Positions 45,852-56,260 of a DNA stretch of 64,000 nucleotides are shown piece after piece. Source of the DNA: a virus (lineage: Duplodnaviria; Caudoviricetes); IMG/VR virus record IMGVR_UViG_3300037634_007228, positions 1-64,000 of that record; one strand, written 5' to 3'. Below the pieces are notes generated by a model. The model worked only from the letters and a program-made list of their open reading frames with translations, was not told where the DNA came from and made no database searches. The position numbers were made by a program, and so were the translations under genes. Each line of letters begins with the position of its first letter. Position 1 is the stretch's first letter.

Positions 45852-47314
45852 TATGCTGTTCCAAAGTCAAACTTCTGGGCTTGTTCTCTATATTGTCCAT
45901 TTTCATAAAACATAAATGATAAGGTATAAATGGTTCCTGAGTTAAAGTTTGAAAAATCTAAATCAAAATAGTTACCCTTTGAATCATATGAAAGAAGTGT
46001 ATACTCTTCGTTGTCGCTGCCTGTCCCATATGGAATAATCTCTAACTTGTCCCGCTTTCTTATGACCCTATAATATGCCTTTTCGATTTGCGTTGGTTCC
46101 ATAGTCGTCGTTGCCGTGGTTTGCACAGTTGGGGCGATAGAAGGATCGCGCACAAACAAACGCAAACGACTACTGTGGGTGTTCATATATGTTTCTTTCA
46201 AATTGGTGATCGATAAATAATATTTATTCGTTTTTCGATAATTGGGAAAAGGGCGAGCGTCCGGTCGTAAAACCGAACTTGTATGAAATTCTGTAGTGTT
46301 ATCGTGCCAAACGGCAAAAATATTTTCCAATGAACTAGAATTGAAAGCGAAAGAAGCCGAATAAATCCCAGCGGAAACATATGATCCTGTGATATTAGTG
46401 TCCGCTGCTGCAACGACGCCGCCACCGAGGGGGAGTGCCAATTTGGAACCAGACGGTGTAGTTTCCGTAGAGCCGGAATAAACACTCACATAAAGATCCC
46501 CCGTACCAATGGAGGGAATGTTGACCAAGTTGCCTTTAATATAATTGTACAAATAAATGGTATTTAAATTGCTTGCGGCTGTCACCCGTGAAGCACTAAG
46601 ATATAAATTACCCCCGTTATCTTGAATAGAGTTATTGAAGCGAGCTTGAATCAAGGGTCTTTTATGGAAGTCAAAATATTGAGCGGAGTAAAATCCCTTT
46701 TTATAATGACTCTGTGAAGCCGATTCTTGGGAAGCCGTGAGTTGTAACAACAAACCATAATCAGTCACGGCATCGGTTAAAATACTTTCAACGTAGGGGG
46801 TAATATTAATACTTAAATCTTCGACGCCGGTATCAAAGGTATATTTAGATATGGGGGAGGCTCTTACGTCACCGCCATCAGAGGACCACATCACTTTTGG
46901 TTTAGAAGAGGCTGTTAGCCAATTGCTCCCGATCTCGTTGCTCATATCATCAAATGAAATACCACGTCCTTCCTCCCACGCTCGCGAAAGGGGAGATATT
47001 TGAATGATAGAAGATGTGGGAGTCGTAGAAGAGTGCGGATAATTTTTCATCTGCAAATAAAAAGTCACACTTCCCGAAGCAGGTAAATCTCCCGCAGATC
47101 GATCTACTAACATTTGACCCGTGTTAAATTGGATTAAAATTCTGGCTCTTCCATTATCGGCGACAGAGGCTGTAACTGTATTGTACAGTGAATAAACTTC
47201 TAGATTCTCTGTCAAGCCAAAATTGATGTCACTCATACGGCGCGTGCCGCTTTCAGGACGATAAGCGTCGGTAATTGTATTGTCCGTTCCGGCGAGATAA
47301 TTTTTGATGCTCAT
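45851..47314 (-). CDS. Tail/baseplate protein with DNRLRE-like domain, tandem paralogue
   Basis: DNTIT, RARILIQF, SRAWEEGRG, LSINITPYVE, DYGLLL, RPLIQARF. Confidence 0.68.
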   Translation of the reverse strand: MSIKNYLAGTDNTITDAYRPESGTRRMSDINFGLTENLEVYSLYNTVTASVADNGRARILIQFNTGQMLVDRSAGDLPASGSVTFYLQMKNYPHSSTTPTSSIIQISPLSRAWEEGRGISFDDMSNEIGSNWLTASSKPKVMWSSDGGDVRASPISKYTFDTGVEDLSINITPYVESILTDAVTDYGLLLQLTASQESASQSHYKKGFYSAQYFDFHKRPLIQARFNNSIQDNGGNLYLSASRVTAASNLNTIYLYNYIKGNLVNIPSIGTGDLYVSVYSGSTETTPSGSKLALPLGGGVVAAADTNITGSYVSAGIYSASFAFNSSSLENIFAVWHDNTTEFHTSSVLRPDARPFPNYRKTNKYYLSITNLKETYMNTHSSRLRLFVRDPSIAPTVQTTATTTMEPTQIEKAYYRVIRKRDKLEIIPYGTGSDNEEYTLLSYDSKGNYFDLDFSNFNSGTIYTLSFMFYENGQYREQAQKFDFGTA

Positions 47315-49110
47315 TATAGAACTGTTCCAATTAGATCCCTATCAAAAAACTTAATTTCAAAAACCTGATTTTCTTTAAGTGTAATCGAGCGACCATCGGC
47401 GGCGAGGTTATCAGCTATTGAAAAATTAGAGGTTGAATAGTCGCCGCCGGTAGCGGTTTTTGCGAACACCTCGACAACATCTAAAACTCCATCAACGTCC
47501 TTCAGCACGCGAAAAACATCACCATAAAAAAGTGGCTCACCAATATTAAACTTTATATCATAGTAATCCTCTAATGCCATAATGCATCCATTTAAAACAT
47601 CAAACTTGTTTTTGTTTACATCGGCTACAATCGTAAAATTAATAGAAACGTTTACAATCAGGGCATTAAGAATATCAACAGTATCGGTGATCATCTTGTG
47701 TCTTGTAATCCACGTTCGTAAATTATTTTTTAAAGTGGCGGTAGACTCGACAAACTTCCCAAATGAATCTTCGCTAATAATGTAAAGATTTAAATTTTTC
47801 TTAAAAGAATCTTTGTCTTGTGTTGCTCTTACCCTTTTAATAGCTCCAAAGGATGAGGGCATTGCATAAGTTAATGTTTCATAATCCGCTATGGTTACTG
47901 CGCGTTTTTGTGCGGAGACAGCGGCGAGCGCACGTTGGCGCACTTCTTCTACTGTCGGAACTGTAACGGAGCCAACAATAGATTCTTCATTGGATGCTCG
48001 GACACTTTCACGAACATAGCTTTCTATTGTAGCTAAATTGGTTGTCGAAGCAGGAAATTCTAAAACCATATCTACAATATTGGTTAATGCGCCCTGTGAA
48101 GCATTGGGATTTAAACTATCATTTTTGAGATATGCGATGGTCAAAGTGGTATTAGATGGAGCAATACCAAATTTATCGCTCTCTATAAGATTTGTAGGAT
48201 CAAATGAGGTGGAAGAAGCATAAGGTCTCCCAAATTTTTGGACAACAACATTTTCAGGTCTTCCATAAGTATCCGCAGTTAGATTGTTTGCCGACCCATA
48301 TCCAAATTGTAAAATCGTTTTTTGAGAATTTTTTTCTGTCGTAAAACGGCGGGAAACCAACACAGGTTTCATGATAGAGCTTACTTTGTCCGTGGCAGAA
48401 TTAGGATTCACTATTTCTTTGTAAATAACGTTTTGACTTAAATAATCCACTTCAAAATATTCATTTCCCTCTGTATCAATAACACTTAAAATCTCAGTGA
48501 TAAAACTGTCATCGATATCTATTTTTGTAAAACGTTCAAAATCTCCTACGTCAATAGTTGTCACTTCTTGCTTGCCAGACATTACTCTGCCAACTCCACG
48601 AACAGCATAATAGGACACTAAACCAGTTGACTCATCAATAATGGCAACATCTCTTTGATTGTCTGGATCTGCAAAATTTACGTCCTCTGTTAAAATAAAC
48701 GCCTCGTCATTAACTGTTCTTACGATTGTACCCTTTTTAATAATAGGGGCATAGTCCGTATTTATTTTCGTTTGATTTCCAACGAGAGAGGGAATGGTAG
48801 CATAAAACGATACATAGCCTTGGGAAGCATAATTGAGCGAAAAATTATATCCCATCGTCTTTGCGATTCTAACCACATTATCAAACTCAATAGCACTATC
48901 CAAAAAACTTTCATTTGCCTGATAATCCATATAAAAAGAGAGAACGTCGCCCACATAAGCTACATAATCTGTCATAAGAGCGCCGAAACCGGCTTCATTG
49001 AAATCTTTATAGGTGTCGGGATAATATCTCTTGGCGTAATTAACAAGAGATTCTTTGATCGTTGAAAAATCCCTGTCGGTATATCTTACAATAGTGTTGG
49101 TTTTGGGCAT
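47314..49110 (-). CDS. Baseplate wedge subunit (T4 gp6-like)
   Basis: YTDRDFSTIKESL, YYPDTYKDF, QANESFLDSA, QKRAVTIADYE motifs. Confidence 0.9.
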   Translation of the reverse strand: MPKTNTIVRYTDRDFSTIKESLVNYAKRYYPDTYKDFNEAGFGALMTDYVAYVGDVLSFYMDYQANESFLDSAIEFDNVVRIAKTMGYNFSLNYASQGYVSFYATIPSLVGNQTKINTDYAPIIKKGTIVRTVNDEAFILTEDVNFADPDNQRDVAIIDESTGLVSYYAVRGVGRVMSGKQEVTTIDVGDFERFTKIDIDDSFITEILSVIDTEGNEYFEVDYLSQNVIYKEIVNPNSATDKVSSIMKPVLVSRRFTTEKNSQKTILQFGYGSANNLTADTYGRPENVVVQKFGRPYASSTSFDPTNLIESDKFGIAPSNTTLTIAYLKNDSLNPNASQGALTNIVDMVLEFPASTTNLATIESYVRESVRASNEESIVGSVTVPTVEEVRQRALAAVSAQKRAVTIADYETLTYAMPSSFGAIKRVRATQDKDSFKKNLNLYIISEDSFGKFVESTATLKNNLRTWITRHKMITDTVDILNALIVNVSINFTIVADVNKNKFDVLNGCIMALEDYYDIKFNIGEPLFYGDVFRVLKDVDGVLDVVEVFAKTATGGDYSTSNFSIADNLAADGRSITLKENQVFEIKFFDRDLIGTVL

Positions 49111-49127
49111 GGGGAGGTTCCTCTCAT

Positions 49128-49136
49128 CTAATTAGT
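49128..49136 (-). promoter_or_regulatory. Candidate late promoter variant ACTAATTAG upstream of gp6
   Basis: Overlaps the gp25 stop, about 18 nt upstream of ATG 49110. Confidence 0.45.
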
Positions 49137-49497
49137 TTTCTAGTTTTATTTCAAGAAAATCTTGCACATTAAATTCGGTTAAAGAATAAGAAACTTTAAC
49201 CAAAAGAAAATGATCTTCTAAGCGCGTATCTACAGCCAAAAGTCGCACAGTGGGTAAAAATCTCTCGAATTGCCAAGAGATGTCACCCTCGATTTCTGAA
49301 GGAGCAGACGTACTATCTGGATTTTCAAAAAGATATCTCCTTAATCCTGCTCCAAAATCCGGCAACATAATGCGCTCGCCGGGAGTTGTCAACAACATAT
49401 TTTTCACATTTTGCTTGACAAACTCTTGAATCTTTTCTATGTTGATGTAAGTAGAGTTGGTCGCTTTATTCAATGGAAGTTGTACAGTGTAAGACAT
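49132..49497 (-). CDS. Baseplate wedge subunit (T4 gp25-like)
   Basis: QNVKNMLLTTPGERIMLPDFGAGLRRYLFE; SD TAAGGAGG. Confidence 0.93.
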   Translation of the reverse strand: MSYTVQLPLNKATNSTYINIEKIQEFVKQNVKNMLLTTPGERIMLPDFGAGLRRYLFENPDSTSAPSEIEGDISWQFERFLPTVRLLAVDTRLEDHFLLVKVSYSLTEFNVQDFLEIKLEN

Positions 49498-49515
49498 ATT
49501 ATTTTTTCCTCCTTA

Positions 49516-52500
49516 CTAAATATCACACTTATAGTCTAATATCGCATCGGGCGAGTTCGCCTTTGTCTCTGCTATTACTTTTCTTTGTTCTTCGGCTTGA
49601 GGAGATGCAGGATCTAAGCTCTTTAAAACATCTTCTTGGGCTTTCTTTTTCAACCAATCAAAAAAATCAGACAAGCTCAATCCTAGACTTTCTGCCATCA
49701 TCAACAAAATATAAATAACGGGGTTACTAAAATATAAAGCCGAAAGAATAAGCGACTTGATAGCGCTGAGAACCAATTTGGGAATCATCAGGAATATTAA
49801 AATCCAAAGTGCCATCCCCAGTTGGTTGGCGAAGTCCTTCAAGCTAGGTTTTTTAATCTTGGCAAATGCGGCTTCAGCCAGCAGCGCTTCTTCTATATCA
49901 ATCCCGATCGGGATGCCACTGGCGCTGTTCGAAAAACGACCCATAATCGCGGGTTTCAATTGTAAAAATACCGAGCGCTCTTTTGGCGCGAACGCAAAGG
50001 GACGCACATAATAAACGATTAATAGTTCTATAAACTCAGGCTTGAATGCATCTAAAAGTGGTGGTGATTCCAATCCCAACTTATCACTTTTAGCCGAAAA
50101 AAGGTCATTCTTGTTTTTATATTTACTCATACTGGAGACCATGTTTTTTCGAACTGTGTCACAAGCAACGAGCGCTTTGGCGGTTCTGGTATCCATTGTG
50201 TGCCAGTACCAGCCGCCGTCGCAGTCCTTGACCAACGGTGGACCCCACTCTTGCCCCACCCACACCTTTTGATCCTCGGTTTCGCAGTCGCCGGGGTCGC
50301 CCTTGCACATGGCATTTTTCTTGACCTTCTCGATTTTGTATATATCTTTCTTCGTCATTTTGGGCTTCGGCGTCACTTTGGTCGATTCCTCGAACGGGGA
50401 CTTCCATGACTTCAGCAGAGGCTCCCATCCCAACTTTTTTGGGTCAGCAAGTGTAACTTCGGCTTTTCCTAGTTTTTTATCTAAGTGTACCTTGCCACCA
50501 CCGATATCGGTGAACTTTAGATTATAGTCTAAAACAGCATCAACGGTCATTTCCCACTTGGCATCAAAAAAAGTGGCATCTAAAATACCCTGTATACCGG
50601 TGTCGGCGGTATCATCCCCTAACGAAGAAAATATATAGATCATCATACAAAGTATTGGCAACGTTTCAACAAAATAGAAGGGGAAAAAGTCATAAGTGGG
50701 ATATTTCACCTGCGGCTGATCGGGTGCTGCAAGGCTGGCACCAAACGCCCAATCGAAAAATTCTATGATCAGGTCGATGCCGGGTCGAACATCGCCGAGT
50801 GCTGTAATGCCGCCCGTACACCAGTTCTGCGATTCACAAATGAGACGTATTGTGTATTCTCCATTGTGTACAACTTGGTTACCTTTGCAATAACCTGACG
50901 GTGACCAGTACCAGTCTGAAAATATTATTCCGTCTCTTTTTTTCTTCAAGAAATATTTAATAAACGTCTCATTGCGGTATAAAGTCATATTGCCTGAATT
51001 ATTAGCCGTGATCGCCAATGTATTCTTCAAGACCGAATCAACATCGAGCAATTTAGTGGAACTCGTTGTTGATGCCAAAAATTTGATTTCATCTTCGATC
51101 AGGTTTTCAACTGTTAAACCGGCGCTACACATTATGTTTCGAACAGGAATCGTTACAAAACTATCATTCACGATTTTTTCAAATTTCTCGACAACACTTG
51201 AAACAATATCGAGATCGATGTCAAAATATTTGTCCACTAACTCTTGGGGCAATGTCATCAGCGTTACAACCAAATTGGGATAAGTTTCTATTAGTAACAA
51301 ATAAGTAAAGATTCGCAAGGATTCAATATCCATTGCTCTTGCTCTATTTTCGATATACTTCTGTGCTGGTTCCTCTACACCTTTCGATGCTTGCTTGTCG
51401 GCGAGGCACAATGTTTCTTGTATTCTTTCTCGGCGGTCAGGTCGAAAAAATTTAAGCTCTTCTATAAGGTCTATTTTTTTTGTTACCTTAGATAAAAAAT
51501 CTACCTGACCGCTCATAACAGAAAAAACCATGTCTGTATAAAGACCTGCGATGTTCAGCGATTTCAACCCTTGTGAGTCTTTCAATATTTTACGCATGGC
51601 TGGATTTTCCGGTTGAAGGTCGATATCTTCTCCCGGCTGGAGTGGGACTGTATTTCCTACAATAGTAAGAGGTGATTTATTATTTTTTGTGGCATTACCT
51701 TTAACGGGAAGACCCTTGAAATATTGTGCGTATGTTTTTTGATCGGACTCAAAATCAATATCAAAAGTACCGTTGTCATTAATAGTAATGTTGCCGGCGG
51801 AATCTAAAAAATGCGACTGTAGCAGTTTAAAAGTTAGGTCGGTTTGTTTCTTGCCGTTGACGATCTTGTAGCCCTTGACGGGCTTGTTGAGTACATGAAT
51901 TCCGATAGGATCGAATTTTTCTAATATGGTTCCTTCTAATGGAACTTGGAAAGCCGCAGCCTCATCGCCCTTGAGACCCAAGGCTTTGGCTGGGGATATA
52001 TATCCTTTTTTGCCCAAGTCGCCCTTGTAGTCTTTATTAGCTTTATTCATAGCGGTGGTGTCTTCAGTTGACGGTTTCGCGGCGGCATCTTTAGACGGAG
52101 GATCAATAATACTAGTGAGATCCTCTACAAAGATTTTTTGATAGGCATACAAGTCCTCCTGTGCTTCTTTGTAAGCAGGTTCTAACATAGGAAGATAATC
52201 AAAAGGAGGAAGAATATTCGCTAAGTAGTCTGGATCAAACAAATCATTGAAATCATCAAGGGAAATACTAGGAAAATCTGGTGGTGGCTGACCATTCAAC
52301 TTTTTTTTGTAAGCCTCCGACAATCCTTTTGGCATCTTGATCCCACAATATTCTTCTATTTCGGTAGCCTTTTTTTCAGCGTCATCAGCCACTTTCTTAC
52401 AGACGATACCGGTGCCTGCCATTTTACCAAGGGCAGCTAAAAAATTAGCCACTTGTTGTTGTGTAGCGAGCATTTCCTCCAAACTGGAATAAGTTTTTTT

Positions 52501-54024
52501 GATTTTTTGCCAAATATAATAAAGAAGATTGGTATTTGTTCCTTGTAACAAAGAGCAGATTTCTTGTGGTCTCAAATTTGCAAAAAGATCATCCATCAAT
52601 TCTCTCATATCTTCTTCTTGTTCGGGAGATATTGGTTTGCCGGGGGCGAATGCCTCAAGGGCGGCAATAGGTTCATCTGGTTTAAAAAACGACTCTGGGG
52701 GTACAAAGCCATAATCAAAATCGTCGTAAGCTTGGTTTTCTACCAATGCTTGCAAACAAAATTGAGTTAGTAATTTAATCACTTGTTTACCGGCTTCCTC
52801 TAAAGCAGCCTCGGCAGCTTTCTTTAGCTTTGCGCCCCAATCATCTTGCCAATCTTGTCCCGCCTTAAATTTTTTCATTGCCAGTTCATAAAGTTTCTTA
52901 TATTGCTGGAACTCGGTAGAAAAACTTTTATAGGTTTTTACTAGTTCCTTAAGCTCTTGTAACATAAGAGCCGCCAGCATAGGATTGGAGAGTTTCATCT
53001 GGGCGATCATATGGGCTAGAACACACTCCAGAATACCGTTTAATCCCCATTTGTTAGCAATGGCAAAATACTTATCCATCGCGGCTTTATAGTTTTTAGC
53101 TCCTTCGGCAAAGGCTTTCGCTGTCTCGCTCCCGCCAAATGCTCCGGTGCCTACACCTATATCATCCAACATATAGGGAACATCCAATAATGCATAATCG
53201 GATATGAACTCGGCTGCTTGCAGATTTTCATTAACTATATCTGAGCGGCTCGGCAAACCCATCGCGCCGGCTGTGGTGCTGAAGGTGTCTTTAACATCGC
53301 TCGCAAAATCTATTTCGCCGGGGTCACCACCAAAAGCATGTGAAGCCATCGCTGACATTCTAAGTTGTTTGCTTTCTTTGACGATTGCCCCAAGAAAATC
53401 ATTAACATCCCGCAAGTTTTTTATATCTTTAACCTTGCCAAGACCCTTTTTAATAGTTGAAGTGCCGCCGGCAGCCTTCGTCAATTTAAGGGAAAAATCT
53501 TTTGGATCCCCACTCCAACCACGCTCGTCTCCCTGAGACATGGCAGGTTTAGGTTGATCCGATGCCCACGCCGCAAAATCAGCCTGAATTTTTTTAATAT
53601 TAACAAGAGATGAAGCAGGTTGGGCGGCGTTTCCCAGTTTATAAAGAATGCTTACGGTGCCATCGGGTCTGGGGTCAATAGATCTTTTAAATGCCGTAAA
53701 AAGATTTTCAGCTATATTCATGGTCTTAGAACCATCAGATGATTCTATGCCACAGTCCTTAACTACATCTGAATTAGAAAGTGGCAGCTTTGTTTCACTA
53801 CTTGCTTGAACCTTAACCGTAAAGTATCCTTTTGCCTTAAAAAATTCAAGGGCAACCCCTACATGCTCTTTCTCCACGAAGTCCCAAGTATTTTTGGCAT
53901 TTAAAGAAGTAACATCTGTATGAACTGTGTGATAAACAGTGTCCTCTTCCTTGACATAATACGGAAACTGAAACCGAGTCCAGTTTGTTTCCAGATATAC
54001 AGTTGTTAATTGTCCATTACTCAT
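49516..54024 (-). CDS. Large hypothetical helical protein (1502 aa) in baseplate block
   Basis: Long uninterrupted ORF between the spike-like gene and gp25; no recognisable family motif. Confidence 0.75.
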   Translation of the reverse strand: MSNGQLTTVYLETNWTRFQFPYYVKEEDTVYHTVHTDVTSLNAKNTWDFVEKEHVGVALEFFKAKGYFTVKVQASSETKLPLSNSDVVKDCGIESSDGSKTMNIAENLFTAFKRSIDPRPDGTVSILYKLGNAAQPASSLVNIKKIQADFAAWASDQPKPAMSQGDERGWSGDPKDFSLKLTKAAGGTSTIKKGLGKVKDIKNLRDVNDFLGAIVKESKQLRMSAMASHAFGGDPGEIDFASDVKDTFSTTAGAMGLPSRSDIVNENLQAAEFISDYALLDVPYMLDDIGVGTGAFGGSETAKAFAEGAKNYKAAMDKYFAIANKWGLNGILECVLAHMIAQMKLSNPMLAALMLQELKELVKTYKSFSTEFQQYKKLYELAMKKFKAGQDWQDDWGAKLKKAAEAALEEAGKQVIKLLTQFCLQALVENQAYDDFDYGFVPPESFFKPDEPIAALEAFAPGKPISPEQEEDMRELMDDLFANLRPQEICSLLQGTNTNLLYYIWQKIKKTYSSLEEMLATQQQVANFLAALGKMAGTGIVCKKVADDAEKKATEIEEYCGIKMPKGLSEAYKKKLNGQPPPDFPSISLDDFNDLFDPDYLANILPPFDYLPMLEPAYKEAQEDLYAYQKIFVEDLTSIIDPPSKDAAAKPSTEDTTAMNKANKDYKGDLGKKGYISPAKALGLKGDEAAAFQVPLEGTILEKFDPIGIHVLNKPVKGYKIVNGKKQTDLTFKLLQSHFLDSAGNITINDNGTFDIDFESDQKTYAQYFKGLPVKGNATKNNKSPLTIVGNTVPLQPGEDIDLQPENPAMRKILKDSQGLKSLNIAGLYTDMVFSVMSGQVDFLSKVTKKIDLIEELKFFRPDRRERIQETLCLADKQASKGVEEPAQKYIENRARAMDIESLRIFTYLLLIETYPNLVVTLMTLPQELVDKYFDIDLDIVSSVVEKFEKIVNDSFVTIPVRNIMCSAGLTVENLIEDEIKFLASTTSSTKLLDVDSVLKNTLAITANNSGNMTLYRNETFIKYFLKKKRDGIIFSDWYWSPSGYCKGNQVVHNGEYTIRLICESQNWCTGGITALGDVRPGIDLIIEFFDWAFGASLAAPDQPQVKYPTYDFFPFYFVETLPILCMMIYIFSSLGDDTADTGIQGILDATFFDAKWEMTVDAVLDYNLKFTDIGGGKVHLDKKLGKAEVTLADPKKLGWEPLLKSWKSPFEESTKVTPKPKMTKKDIYKIEKVKKNAMCKGDPGDCETEDQKVWVGQEWGPPLVKDCDGGWYWHTMDTRTAKALVACDTVRKNMVSSMSKYKNKNDLFSAKSDKLGLESPPLLDAFKPEFIELLIVYYVRPFAFAPKERSVFLQLKPAIMGRFSNSASGIPIGIDIEEALLAEAAFAKIKKPSLKDFANQLGMALWILIFLMIPKLVLSAIKSLILSALYFSNPVIYILLMMAESLGLSLSDFFDWLKKKAQEDVLKSLDPASPQAEEQRKVIAETKANSPDAILDYKCDI

Positions 54025-54027
54025 TTG

Positions 54028-55014
54028 TTAATTGGTATTATTCCATGTGCTGCAAATATAAGTTTTTGAAGCGGCAGAAAGGAACGACAGCGACGTAGTG
54101 TCTAGATTCATCCCAACAAATTGCAATTCTGCTTTTGATTTTTCTAAAGACGCCTTGTGCATAACCTGTGCCGGAAGAAGATTCGGAGCCGTGTTTGTCG
54201 GTGCGCCAAAAAATGGAGAATTGTGAAAATGACCATAAAAATCCTGATTAATATCTTGAATGTTATCAATAACCTTTTTCAAGACGTGTATAAGAAATTT
54301 TTGGGAATCCAACATTTCTGCCAAACACTGCACTAAATTTAATCCCTTGGGAATGGGTTGTAATCCGGCGTTCTCTTCACTAAGATTTCCGGCAATTAAA
54401 TCGATGCCTTTGATGCTACCGAGAGGTCCACCTTTCGAATTCTTTCGGGCATCTCCTCTTCCAGCACCTGTTACAATCTTTACTCCCTCTCGACCAATAA
54501 TTCTTACTCCATCTGCCTTAATAACCACCGCAGAACGACCAAGTGGGGCACCCACCCTACCAGAAGTTAAACCAAAGTTTTTATCAGGATCGGTTTTTTG
54601 ACAAATGTAAATCCGTGCCGCATCTGCACTAAAATTGGGCGCAGAGACAGCAATCGGTTTACCATCAACTTTATCAATATTAAAATAAGGACTACGACCA
54701 GCGCAAAGATCAATCATATAAGTTCCATCGTGACCTTTCGCACCATAACCCGAATCCATTGCGACTTTTTTGCCTGCGGCTTTGCCTTTGTTGATGGTTA
54801 TTACTTCTTTAAGACCCGTCCTGTCAGTTCCAAAAACAATACCACAGTTGCCATGAAGAACAGCCTTTTCGCTGCCAGCCCGAATATACTCTGCATATGG
54901 GTCATCTGGTAAACGTGAATGATTCACGCCGGTAGTTTCGGGCGTTATTTTTTTTCTATTAGTATTTTCGTCGGGTGGTCGGATCGGACTCCCCATTCCT
55001 TTGGGTTGTGCCAT
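54028..55014 (-). CDS. Baseplate central spike-like protein (gp5 C-terminal/gp138-like)
   Basis: Beta-rich SAARIYI..AVVIKADGVRIIGREGVKIVTG and distal HFHNSPFFGAP HxH motif. Confidence 0.62.
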   Translation of the reverse strand: MAQPKGMGSPIRPPDENTNRKKITPETTGVNHSRLPDDPYAEYIRAGSEKAVLHGNCGIVFGTDRTGLKEVITINKGKAAGKKVAMDSGYGAKGHDGTYMIDLCAGRSPYFNIDKVDGKPIAVSAPNFSADAARIYICQKTDPDKNFGLTSGRVGAPLGRSAVVIKADGVRIIGREGVKIVTGAGRGDARKNSKGGPLGSIKGIDLIAGNLSEENAGLQPIPKGLNLVQCLAEMLDSQKFLIHVLKKVIDNIQDINQDFYGHFHNSPFFGAPTNTAPNLLPAQVMHKASLEKSKAELQFVGMNLDTTSLSFLSAASKTYICSTWNNTN

Positions 55015-55015
55015 T

Positions 55016-56260
55016 TTATAACCTTTTTCCTCTATTTGCCTCTGCTGCCCCTACCAGCCTCCTATACTCTAGTTTTTGATCGGCAAAGTCCGGAAACTTT
55101 CCTTGCGCTACTTCCCACATCTCCTTTGCAGTTTTGACTGTTTTCACAAGATTTGTATTAATAAATCTGGCGCGCTTGAGCAAGGGTGTTGGGATCCTAA
55201 GTAGGTTGTCCGCTATTACAACTTGTTCTGCGGTCTTCGCTAGCCAATTACCTTGCTTCCCGCCGACTTCGGATTTATCATAATATTGACACCACAGCGC
55301 CGAGATCTTGCGTATATCATAATGGGGGCTAGCCACTTGCCACTTTATTTTTGTCGATACTTTCCGCTTCTTCGGATTAATGGCACCGTTTTGCTTGTCA
55401 TCAATATAGGCACCAAATCCACCCTTGTTGACAATACCGACCACTATGCAGGCGCAAACGAATGCCCACGATTCGGCTTTTGACAGTCCACCACCATCAA
55501 TTACAATTGTATAATCAAGAGCATATCCATATTGATGCTGAAGACTGTTCGTCTTTGCTTTGCGAATACCACCGGTCTGTCCAACATATATTTGAGCATA
55601 TTCGGTAGACCCATAAAACCAGCCCGCTGCGGTCGCTATTTTTTGGAACGCTTTAAGCGTTGCTTGGCGAATAAACTCAAGACTGTTTGGTCCCGTGAAA
55701 CCGACCTCAAACGGCGTTTCTTCGGGAGGTTCTGGCACCACAGTGTTTTTAACCCCGACGTTAGCGGGATCGTCTTGGAACGAGGCAGCAGTTTTACCCT
55801 TAACAATCACGCCTCTCGGATCGGGGTTATAGCCGCTTTTATCACCGCTATCACCGCTATCACCCTGTTCTAGAACGTTTATAACCGTCCCACCTTCGCC
55901 GGTAAAAGGATTGCTGTAAGCTACCTCGACTCGGTTGCCCGTGTTGAGAGATTGGTCGGAAAATCCAATGACGGCTGGTTTGTGTCTCTCTATGTCTCTC
56001 CTATCTATATGAGCATGAAGCTTTTCACATCGAACTATTACCTCTTGCATATGCTGCGATTTATCGACACCATCCACCTTGGTTAATTGGTAAATCTGTC
56101 CTCCAGCGGTGGGGTCAGTTTTATCCTGTCCTTGTAGAATCACACCCTCAAACTTATTCGAACTAAGAACCGCATTTGTGGAAAACGGATTTCCTACAGC
56201 GCGAGAGGAATCTACAAGCGTTGGCACACGAAACGGAAATGGATTATTTTCTAGGGACAT
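55016..56260 (-). CDS. Baseplate hub gp5-like protein with peptidase M15 (Zn D,D/L,D-peptidase) domain
   Basis: SLQHQYGYALDY (SxHxxGxAxD-type), GGFGAY, SPHYDIR; N-terminal OB-like region. Confidence 0.65.
   Translation of the reverse strand: MSLENNPFPFRVPTLVDSSRAVGNPFSTNAVLSSNKFEGVILQGQDKTDPTAGGQIYQLTKVDGVDKSQHMQEVIVRCEKLHAHIDRRDIERHKPAVIGFSDQSLNTGNRVEVAYSNPFTGEGGTVINVLEQGDSGDSGDKSGYNPDPRGVIVKGKTAASFQDDPANVGVKNTVVPEPPEETPFEVGFTGPNSLEFIRQATLKAFQKIATAAGWFYGSTEYAQIYVGQTGGIRKAKTNSLQHQYGYALDYTIVIDGGGLSKAESWAFVCACIVVGIVNKGGFGAYIDDKQNGAINPKKRKVSTKIKWQVASPHYDIRKISALWCQYYDKSEVGGKQGNWLAKTAEQVVIADNLLRIPTPLLKRARFINTNLVKTVKTAKEMWEVAQGKFPDFADQKLEYRRLVGAAEANRGKRL

Noticed and set aside
55849-55870. ATCACCGCT tandem repeat
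   Set aside because: Encodes a GDSGDSGDK linker in frame; not a regulatory or contingency repeat
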